This document shows, piece by piece, positions 1 to 7,252 of a stretch of DNA of 32,000 nt. Made by a program: the position numbers and the translations under genes. Source of the stretch: Promethearchaeum syntrophicum. GTDB lineage: Archaea; Asgardarchaeota; Lokiarchaeia; Sigyniarchaeales; Promethearchaeaceae. Location of the stretch: assembly GCF_008000775.2 (NCBI RefSeq), contig NZ_CP042905.2, positions 990,001 through 1,022,000 of the forward strand, in the 5' to 3' direction. The notes below the pieces were generated by a model that saw only the letters and a program-made list of their open reading frames with translations, was not told the origin of the DNA and did no database searches. Position 1 is the stretch's first letter; the number at the start of each line of letters is the position of its first letter.

Positions 1-232
1 TCGCTAAATGATGAATCCATCCCCTTCGACCATCATAACCCCCTAGAACTGCTCCGAGAATTTTATTTTTTACAGTATCCTTCATAACCAAACATAATCC
101 TGGATTATGCTTTAACATTCTCACCAATTCTTCGTGTTTATCTGAATAGGTTAATTCGATCTTAACTAAACGCCACAAATCTAGAACTTGAGATAAATCT
201 CTCTCTACCATTTCGTGAATAACAAATTCCAT
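1..232 (-). CDS. GNAT-family N-acetyltransferase, N-terminal part (gene runs off the left edge)
   Basis: Not in the ORF track because it is truncated. My reverse-strand translation from ATG (232-230) is MEFVIHEMVERDLSQVLDLWRLVKIELTYSDKHEELVRMLKHNPGLCLVMKDTVKNKILGAVLGGYDGRRGWIHHLA, open to position 1. The GAVLGGYDGRRGWIHHLA segment resembles the strand leading into GNAT motif A. Confidence 0.55.
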   Translation of the reverse strand, partial: MEFVIHEMVERDLSQVLDLWRLVKIELTYSDKHEELVRMLKHNPGLCLVMKDTVKNKILGAVLGGYDGRRGWIHHLA

Positions 233-315
233 TGAGAGTTAGAAGGATTTGTTTTTTTTAAAATTTAAGAATGTAAGCAAAAGATTGTAAAGAAAATAAG
301 AAAATATAATATGTA

Positions 316-738
316 TCAAACTTGAAAATCAAATACATCATCGGGAACCATTAAATTATCTACAATATGTATTACTCCATTTGTACCTAAAATATCTTTT
401 ATGAGAATATTCGCTGATCCAATTTTTTCACCGTTCTGAAAAATCTCGATCATATTTCCTTCCAGTGTTGGTATTGATTTTCGGTGCGATAAATCGAAGG
501 AGGAATGCTTTCCAGGCAAAATATGGTTGGAAAAGACTTTTCTTAATACTTCTTTATCATGAAACAATTTAAATATAGTTTTTTCAGGCAATTTTCTTAT
601 TGCTTCTTCAACAGGCGCGATTATGGTAAACGGCCCCTTATCTTTCAAATCTTCGGTAAGTTTCACTGCTTCAATGCCTTCAAGGAATAAGTTAAATGCA
701 TTCATATCCTTTAGGGTCTTATATATATTTGAGGGCAA
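316..738 (-). CDS. Fasciclin (FAS1) domain protein
   Basis: 140-aa ORF. FAS1 signature order is present: GPFTIIAPVEEAI ... HILPGKH ... TLEGNMIEI ... NGVIHIVDNLMVP. Codon 1 is TTG (+ strand caa at 736-738); the first in-frame ATG is codon 12 (703-705), so the start is uncertain. No N-terminal signal peptide is visible. Confidence 0.7.
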   Translation of the reverse strand: MPSNIYKTLKDMNAFNLFLEGIEAVKLTEDLKDKGPFTIIAPVEEAIRKLPEKTIFKLFHDKEVLRKVFSNHILPGKHSSFDLSHRKSIPTLEGNMIEIFQNGEKIGSANILIKDILGTNGVIHIVDNLMVPDDVFDFQV

Positions 739-863
739 AATAAAATCACTGACTTTTTTTTTTTACAAACAATAGTACTAAATCTACATTTTTAAAACTA
801 TTGTAAAAATCACTACATTTTCATAAGACAAAAAAGGATAAAATTCGATTTTAAGAATAAAAA

Positions 864-936
864 TAGGGACGAAGAGAGTTGAACTCTTGACATCCACGGT
901 GTGAGCGTGGCGAAATAACCACTAGTCTACGCCCCT
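864..936 (-). tRNA. tRNA-Val (anticodon CAC), no intron, CCA not encoded
   Basis: Reverse-strand cloverleaf read by eye. Acceptor AGGGGCG/CGUCCCU, U8, D-loop AGUGGUUA. Anticodon stem CCACG/CGUGG with loop CU-CAC-AC. 5-nt variable loop, T-arm AAGAG-UUCAACU-CUCUU, discriminator A. The D-stem (GACU/UUUC) has only two Watson-Crick pairs. Confidence 0.7.
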
Positions 937-946
937 TAAGAAATGT

Positions 947-1240
947 TTAATAATTTTCATTAATCAACCATTTTACAGGAACGTCTTGACTTGTTCCATT
1001 AGGTAAATGTCTCCTAATGGTGATTGGTAACATTTTATTCTCAAGCTCGTAGGTTGCGATTTCTAAAGGATCATTTACACCTTGAGGAATTTCTATGAAT
1101 GGACTGGCTTGAAACGCGAGTTGTAATGCGCGAGCACCGATAATTCTGCTCCGTTCATATCTGGTTATAAAAATTGAACCAATTTTAATTTTTTTTTCTG
1201 CTTCAATATATTTATCGTATCTTTTTAACGTTCTGCTCAT
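947..1240 (-). CDS. rpoK: DNA-directed RNA polymerase subunit K (Rpo6/omega family)
   Basis: 97-aa ORF with the Rpo6 core TRYERSRIIGARALQLAFQASPFIE and the typical size for this subunit. Confidence 0.85.
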   Translation of the reverse strand: MSRTLKRYDKYIEAEKKIKIGSIFITRYERSRIIGARALQLAFQASPFIEIPQGVNDPLEIATYELENKMLPITIRRHLPNGTSQDVPVKWLINENY

Positions 1241-1342
1241 AAAAGTTGTTCAACCTAAAAAATAGTAATTTGATCAATAATCCATTTAAAAAAAGTTTTT
1301 CGGTATATTGAAGAGTTGAATTACAGAGTGGAAGATGAGAAC

Positions 1343-1708
1343 TTAATCAAAATCTTCCATTGTAAATTCTTGGTCAGATTGTGTCTTCTTCTTATTTTTA
1401 TTTTTTTTTATTTTCTCTTTTTTTATTTTTAGTTTTTTTTTATAAGAGATATTGGCTTCGGGTTCTGAATAAGATTGGAAACTATGTTCAGATGATGATG
1501 CATCTGATTCCTTTTTTTTTTTCCTGTCTTTTTTGATACCAACGATGAGAAATATTAAACCTGGGATAAACAAAATCAAGGCAAAAATTAGTAAAAAGAT
1601 TCCTATTAAGACTCCTCTGAGGTCTCCTCTACTTAATATAATAACTAGGATACCTAACGATGCTGGTAGGATACATAAACACATTCCGAATTTTTTAGAA
1701 AAACTCAT
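1343..1708 (-). CDS. Small membrane protein (two hydrophobic helices) with a long Lys-rich C-terminal tail
   Basis: 121-aa ORF. N-terminal half is hydrophobic (CLCILPASLGILVIILS ... VLIGIFLLIFALILFIPGLIFLIVGI). The tail is KKDRKKKKE...KKKLKIKKEKIKKNKNKKK. It starts 6 nt downstream of the histone gene stop on the same strand. Confidence 0.55.
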   Translation of the reverse strand: MSFSKKFGMCLCILPASLGILVIILSRGDLRGVLIGIFLLIFALILFIPGLIFLIVGIKKDRKKKKESDASSSEHSFQSYSEPEANISYKKKLKIKKEKIKKNKNKKKTQSDQEFTMEDFD

Positions 1709-1714
1709 ATCAAA

Positions 1715-1966
1715 TCACTCTCTAGATGCCCATACAATGTCGTCAGCTGATAATCTCTTGCGCTTTTCATCCTTAACCAATGATAGTGCCTTTTTTGTAG
1801 TCCTTTTAGCTTGCATTTCTAATTGTTCTATTAATAATTCAATGGCTCCATCGCTGACTAATGATGCTCCTTGTTCTTTCATAAATCTTTTTATTGGTGC
1901 CTTAGACATAAAATTCGTTTGAGATTTTGAATTTATAATAATTTTTTTCGATTTTTTTTTAGCCAT
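1715..1966 (-). CDS. Archaeal histone-fold protein with a 20-22 aa Lys-rich N-terminal extension
   Basis: 83-aa ORF. PIKRFMKEQGASLVSDGAIELLIEQLEMQAKRTTKKALSLVKDEKRKRLSADDIVWA matches the archaeal histone / NF-Y histone fold. The N-terminus is MAKKKSKKIIINSKSQTNF. An alternative internal ATG at codon 20 (1907-1909) would give a canonical tail-less histone. Confidence 0.75.
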   Translation of the reverse strand: MAKKKSKKIIINSKSQTNFMSKAPIKRFMKEQGASLVSDGAIELLIEQLEMQAKRTTKKALSLVKDEKRKRLSADDIVWASRE

Positions 1967-1988
1967 GATATTTCATTTTATGTTTTCA

Positions 1989-1996
1989 CTTAAATA
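1989..1996 (-). promoter_or_regulatory. TATA-like box (TATTTAAG on the reverse strand) about 23-30 nt upstream of the long-form histone ATG
   Basis: The + strand cttaaata at 1989-1996 reads TATTTAAG on the - strand. Its spacing to the ATG at 1966 fits an archaeal promoter producing a leaderless or near-leaderless mRNA, which favours the long (tailed) start. Confidence 0.35.
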
Positions 1997-2090
1997 CGTT
2001 TTTACGTTTTTAAACAACAAGAACCTCTTAGACTTTATAAACATATGAAGAAATAAATAAAATAGGCTCAATTTTAACTGAAGGAAAAAA

Positions 2091-4532
2091 ATGTTGGATC
2101 AATTTATTAATCATGAATTTTTAAAACCGAATTTACTTTTAAAACGGAAATATCAAGTTGATATTTTCGTCACTTGTTCAAAAAAAAATTGTTTAGTAGT
2201 AGTTCCAACTGGGTTGGGAAAAACTATTATTGCTTTATTGTTAAGTCTCCATTATTTAAAAAAAAAAAAAAAATCAAAGATTATTTTTTTGGCACCCACC
2301 AGGCCTTTAGTAGAGCAACACCTGCAAACTTTTAAAAATCTAACAAATTTTGATTCTGAATCACTCATAATGATGACTGGAACAATAGCGCCAAAAAAAA
2401 GGGTAGAATTATATAAAGAAGATGATACGAAATGTTTCTTCATGACACCCCAAGTGCTTCAAAATGATATTATTGGGAATAGAGTATCTTTATTAGATGT
2501 AGCTTTAATAATATTCGATGAGGCACACCGCGCAAGTGGAAATTATGCATATAATTTCCTAGCTAAGAAATATGTTGAACATGCAAGAAAACCAAGAATT
2601 CTCGCAATGACCGCTTCCCCCGGAAAAAATCGAGAAATAATAGAGGAAGTAATGCAAAACCTATTTTTAGAAACAATTGAGATCCGGACAGATTCGGATC
2701 CGGATGTTAAACCCTATATTCAAGATGTGAAGGTGATATGGAAAGATATTGAGCTTCCTGAAGAAATGCATCAATTGAATCGACTTATTGTGGAAATGAA
2801 GAAGAAAATCTATAAAGAATTAAAATCAAATGAATTATTGGATTCAGAAAATGTGCAAAAAATCACACGAAGAAACTTGTTAAGTGCGATGTCTGCCTTA
2901 GATGCACTTATTGTAAAGGGAAAATACGGAAGTGACCTTCCTCGACTTTTATATTGTAAAAAATTATTCTCTAATGCAATTAGATTATCTCATATGTCTG
3001 AATTGCTTGAAGCTCATGGGATTAAATCATTAAAAACTTATCTTGATAAGAATTTAAAAGATGTCCAAGAAGGAAAAGGAGGGAAATCTCTTGAGGAATT
3101 ATTCAATAATTCACGAATGGATGAGATAATTGAGAATGTGAAAATGCTTACTTTTGATAAAGTAGATCATCCCAAAATGATCATTTTGATGGATATATTA
3201 CAAGAACAATTCCAGATTAACCCTGAATCTAGGATATTAGTTTTTTGCCATTTTCGTGATACGATCTCTCATATCATTAAAGAAATTAGCAATAACGAAC
3301 TAATTAAACCTTCAAAATTTATAGGCCAGCAAACTAAAGGCAAAGAAAAAGGATTTTCTCAAAAAAAGCAACTTGAAATTCTTGAACAATTCAAAAATGG
3401 GGATTTTAATACACTAGTGGCAACGTCTGTTGGTGAAGAAGGCTTAGATATTTCGGAATGTGATGTTGTAATATTTTTTGATGTGGTTCCCAGTGAAATT
3501 CGCGCCATTCAGCGCCGAGGGAGAACCGGTAGAAATAAATCAGGAAAGGTATACGTTTTTAAAACTAAAGGTACTCGTGAAGAAGGATATTTTTGGGCTG
3601 AAAAAAGGAGGGAAAAGGAAATGAAACGTGTTTTGAAAGAGATTAAGAAAGATTTGGGTGATTCACCCTTGCAGAGAAAATCTAAAAAAAAAAAAGATCT
3701 GATTTCTTTTATTCAAACTTCTGGAAAAAAGCAAATATCTTCTCAAAAGGAAGTTCTCGCTAAGGAAAAGAATAGTGAAAAGAGTGAAAAAAATGAGATT
3801 GATAATGAAACTAAATTTGAGAAAAAGAAAATCAATTTCTCTGCAAATACAGTCCCAATTGACAGTTCAGAACCTAAAATTCTAGTAGATTCCAGAGAAA
3901 CCGCCTCATCTGTCACAAGAGAGTTATCAGAAAGAAACGCTTTAATATCTCTAGAAAAACTACCAATAGGTGATTATATAATATCAGAACGCTGCGGAAT
4001 TGAGCGTAAAAGTGTTCAAGATTTTACTGATTCAATAAAGGATGGTCGACTTTTTAAAGAATTACAGAAACTTCGAACACAATTTTCTTTACCAATCTTA
4101 ATTTTGGAAGGAAATTTGAATTCCATTCTTAGTATTAAACGAGCTGCTATCCTTGGAACACTATCAAGTATTTTATTAAATATGAATATTTTACTACTTC
4201 AAACATTATCTCCCGAAGAAACTGCTGAAATGCTTTATGCTCTAGCAAAAAAAGAACAACAAACCAAAGATAAGAAGAATTTTTCTATCAGATTTAAAAA
4301 ATTACCTGAGAAGATTTCTGAGCAGATGGAATATATTGTTTCTGGAATTCCTGGAATAAATTCTTCAAGAGCTAAGGATTTACTTAACCAATTTCATTCT
4401 TTGAGAGAATTATTCTCTGCTGAGATAGAAGATCTAGAAAAAACTCCAAATATTGGTCCAGTTCTAGCTCAAACAATTTTAAAATATTCCATAACGGATT
4501 ATGAAAAATCAACAAAAACTGAAAATCAGTGA
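2091..4532 (+). CDS. hef: Hef: FANCM-type DEAH helicase fused to an XPF/ERCC4 nuclease and C-terminal HhH
   Basis: 813-aa ORF. Helicase motifs: VVVPTGLGKT (motif I), FDEAHRASG (DEAH), MTASPG, VATSVGEEGLD, RRGRTGR. A Lys/Ser/Glu-rich linker follows. Then the ERCC4 motifs VDSRE ... GDYIIS ... GIERKSVQDF and a terminal helix-hairpin-helix region (GIPGINSSRAKDLL ... IGPVLAQTI). Confidence 0.9.
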   Translation: MLDQFINHEFLKPNLLLKRKYQVDIFVTCSKKNCLVVVPTGLGKTIIALLLSLHYLKKKKKSKIIFLAPTRPLVEQHLQTFKNLTNFDSESLIMMTGTIAPKKRVELYKEDDTKCFFMTPQVLQNDIIGNRVSLLDVALIIFDEAHRASGNYAYNFLAKKYVEHARKPRILAMTASPGKNREIIEEVMQNLFLETIEIRTDSDPDVKPYIQDVKVIWKDIELPEEMHQLNRLIVEMKKKIYKELKSNELLDSENVQKITRRNLLSAMSALDALIVKGKYGSDLPRLLYCKKLFSNAIRLSHMSELLEAHGIKSLKTYLDKNLKDVQEGKGGKSLEELFNNSRMDEIIENVKMLTFDKVDHPKMIILMDILQEQFQINPESRILVFCHFRDTISHIIKEISNNELIKPSKFIGQQTKGKEKGFSQKKQLEILEQFKNGDFNTLVATSVGEEGLDISECDVVIFFDVVPSEIRAIQRRGRTGRNKSGKVYVFKTKGTREEGYFWAEKRREKEMKRVLKEIKKDLGDSPLQRKSKKKKDLISFIQTSGKKQISSQKEVLAKEKNSEKSEKNEIDNETKFEKKKINFSANTVPIDSSEPKILVDSRETASSVTRELSERNALISLEKLPIGDYIISERCGIERKSVQDFTDSIKDGRLFKELQKLRTQFSLPILILEGNLNSILSIKRAAILGTLSSILLNMNILLLQTLSPEETAEMLYALAKKEQQTKDKKNFSIRFKKLPEKISEQMEYIVSGIPGINSSRAKDLLNQFHSLRELFSAEIEDLEKTPNIGPVLAQTILKYSITDYEKSTKTENQ
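2258..2273. repeat. A16 homopolymer inside the hef coding sequence (encodes KKKKK)
   Basis: Read directly: ...cattatttaaaaaaaaaaaaaaaatcaaag..., lying between helicase motifs I and Ia. Confidence 0.95.
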
Positions 4533-4568
4533 AATTAAATCTAAAATATTCTTATTTGATTACATAAT

Positions 4569-5411
4569 ATGGGAGAAAAAACAATTAAACATAACAAATT
4601 CCGAATTTTTAAAAGAATTCTCCCAAATTGGGATCATGATTTACACGTTCATTCAAATTGGTCTCAAGATAATCTCGATGGCCCTTCATTAGAAGAATTT
4701 ATTCCCTTGGCTGAACGATTTAAAATTCATATTGGATTTGCAGATCATTTTGAATTCAAATTTCCTAATCCTAAGGATCCAAAATGTAAGGAATGTCGTT
4801 TAAATCAAAACTCTGTTGATAATTACTTAGAAGAAATTGATAAAATCAAAGAAAATTACCCTTTTATTACTTCAGGACTAGATTTTAAATTTATTCCAAT
4901 TCGTAAAGACAAATTGCAAGAATTTACGGATGATTATAGGAAACAATTCGATTTTTTCATAGGTAAGGTACTTGAAATTGAAGAAATCCCTTCAATCCAT
5001 AAAAAAAGTTCTTTAAATGATGTGCTAGACAAATTCTTTCAATTAGAAGTAGAACTCTTAAAGTCTAAAATTTTCGATTGTATAGCCCATCCAGATAAAA
5101 CTTTTCGCTTTTTTGCTAAAAAAGAACTTAAAAATCATCCCGAATATGCATTTGATGAAAGAATTTTAGAATTGGGTGCATTATGTGAAAATACGCGTAC
5201 AATGATGGAAGTAAACTTGAGTGGGTATCGATTTCCTTGGAAAACCCCCTTCCCCAATTTAGATTATTTACATCATTTACTTGCTCAAGGCGTTTCCTTC
5301 ATCGTAGGATCAAATAGTTATACTCTTGAGGATTTCTCGAATAATGTTCTTAATATCAGGAGGATAAATCAAATAATTAAAGGGGAATTTTTGTTTACAA
5401 AAAAATTTTAA
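4569..5411 (+). CDS. PHP-domain metal-dependent phosphoesterase (histidinol-phosphatase HisJ-like family)
   Basis: 280-aa ORF with the N-terminal DLHVHSNWSQD motif, then GFADHFE and CIAHPD. This fits the spacing of metal-binding His/Asp clusters in the PHP fold. Confidence 0.6.
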   Translation: MGEKTIKHNKFRIFKRILPNWDHDLHVHSNWSQDNLDGPSLEEFIPLAERFKIHIGFADHFEFKFPNPKDPKCKECRLNQNSVDNYLEEIDKIKENYPFITSGLDFKFIPIRKDKLQEFTDDYRKQFDFFIGKVLEIEEIPSIHKKSSLNDVLDKFFQLEVELLKSKIFDCIAHPDKTFRFFAKKELKNHPEYAFDERILELGALCENTRTMMEVNLSGYRFPWKTPFPNLDYLHHLLAQGVSFIVGSNSYTLEDFSNNVLNIRRINQIIKGEFLFTKKF

Positions 5412-5435
5412 AGTTACAGAACTACATCATTTTTA

Positions 5436-6053
5436 ATGGCTAGGAAAAAAAAAAAAAAACAACAAGAATCACCTTCGAGTACTATTCAACCTTTGGAGCA
5501 AACAAAAGAATTAATGGGAATGTTACAAGGGTCGGATGATAAAGAAATTATTAAGCAAGAAAAAACTGAGAGTTCTGAAATCGAAAAAAGTGTTAATCAA
5601 TCGCCACCTCCTCCTCCTCCTCCTCCATCAACTGATTCTTCTGTAGCCCCTCCGATATCTCAAGAAGAACAAAAAACTGATGAAAGAACCACTTCTTCCT
5701 TTTTCAAAGATACGGGAGAATTCTTCAATCAACTTGGGGAGGCTTATGAAGCTCGTTATTCTCTCTGGGAAAAATCAGATTTAACAGTAATGGCAATACT
5801 CCGTGAAATTAGAAAAATAAATGAAGAAAACACAGATCAATTTGTTAAAGCTATTAATGTTTTGGATAATAAGATCTCAAAGGGTTTTAATGAATTTTTA
5901 GTTAAAAGAAGTGAACTTGAAAGATATTCAGATACAGATTATAAAGAAATCGCTAAAAATTTCCAAAAAACATTAGATTTATTAAATTTTCAAATCAGAG
6001 AGTTTAAGCTAAATCAAATGGTGACGGCGATGTTCAATATTTATGCAAAATAA
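5436..6053 (+). CDS. Hypothetical protein: basic/low-complexity N-terminus, P8 tract, helical C-terminal half
   Basis: 205-aa ORF. Starts MARKKKKKQQ (an A15 run at 5445-5459), then SPPPPPPPPS. The C-terminal ~110 aa reads as amphipathic helices. I recognise no family. Confidence 0.5.
   Translation: MARKKKKKQQESPSSTIQPLEQTKELMGMLQGSDDKEIIKQEKTESSEIEKSVNQSPPPPPPPPSTDSSVAPPISQEEQKTDERTTSSFFKDTGEFFNQLGEAYEARYSLWEKSDLTVMAILREIRKINEENTDQFVKAINVLDNKISKGFNEFLVKRSELERYSDTDYKEIAKNFQKTLDLLNFQIREFKLNQMVTAMFNIYAK
5607..5624. repeat. (CCT)6 trinucleotide repeat encoding the core of the poly-proline tract
   Basis: Read directly: cca cct cct cct cct cct cct cca (5604-5627), in frame with the 5436 ORF. Confidence 0.95.
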
Positions 6054-6160
6054 AATCGAGTCGAATTGTTTTACGTACATATGCGAATGGGATTTTTTCA
6101 AAGATATTAATTTTTCATCAAATTTTATTTAAGGTTATAATCCTTATTAGTTTTAGAATA

Positions 6161-7249
6161 ATGGATATCTTAATTGATGTTGGAGCTTTTGAAAGTTTGA
6201 TTGGTATTCCAAATGAGGAAATTTATAGATTCCGAGAAAGATCTGTATATTCTGATTCAAATAATCCTATAATTAAAAAAACAGTAATGCAAGGTGCTCT
6301 AGCAGAAATTAATTTTAAGAGGTATTATGGAAATGCTGCATTGCGGTTTAAAAATGTACTAAATGTTCAGTATTTCATGAAAGAGAAGGATTTCATTTCT
6401 TATTCAAAATTAATTGGAAAAAAATTGCTTGAATTATCATTGAAACCAAAAGAAACAGGGTTGGTGTTAGTGGTATCAAATCACTTTTCAAAAAATGATA
6501 AACTAAATCTTCAAAACTCATTATTTCAAACTCTTAAAATCCCTCGAATTGCCTTTTTACCTCACACAGCTTCAATTTTAACTGAATTGGAATTAAATAC
6601 AGGAGTAATTATTGATATGGGATATTATTCTACTAGAATTGAAAGTATTTATAAAGGTTTTCCTAATTCGGATAGTCAATTTATATTTCCATTGGGTGGA
6701 TATCATGTTACTCAACAGATACTTAATAATATCTTTTCTCGTCTTGAATATAGGTCGGATTTACCACTTTTATGGGAATCAGAACGTATTAAAAATGAAA
6801 AATTATTTGTTGTGGAAGATCCTGAGAAGTGCTCTGACCAAATTCATAAAGGATTTAAAAATTTTGATTTCATCATGGAATTACCTGATGGAAAGGAGAT
6901 AATATTAAATAAAGAAAGATATGAACCCGCAGAAATCTTTTTTAATCCATTAATTGCCCATACCAGATCTGAAAATATAGTTGAATTAATTGAAAATTCT
7001 ATAAAATCTTGGGAAAGAGATCATTTAAGAGAACTTTGCTCCAATATTATCATTATAGGTAATGGTGGTAAAATTCCAGGATTAAATCAAAAAATTGAAA
7101 AATTATTAAAAAAAAGATTTGCGGAATCAGTGGATGTTAAAATCATTGAAATTTCAGATCAAAAAGATATATTCTGGATCGGGGCTTCTAAATTTATTAA
7201 ATCTAAAAAAGAATTAAAATGGATTTCAAATCCATCAACGGAGATTTAA
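6161..7249 (+). CDS. Actin-family protein (divergent actin-related protein with degenerate nucleotide-binding loops)
   Basis: 362-aa ORF. By-eye alignment to actin: [17 protein letters not shown] ~ [42 protein letters not shown] ~ [46 protein letters not shown] ~ [31 protein letters not shown] ~ YSVWIGGSIL. The N-terminal [12 protein letters not shown] stands in place of VVDNGSGMCKAG. Confidence 0.8.
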   Translation: [362 protein letters not shown]

Positions 7250-7252
7250 AAA

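Noticed and set aside
769-804. 8-bp inverted repeat ACAATAGT-N20-ACTATTGT and a nearby AAAATCACT direct repeat between the tRNA and the FAS1 gene
   Set aside because: The arms are short, AT-rich and separated by a long loop, so this is within chance expectation for this composition. There is no positional argument beyond lying in a promoter region.
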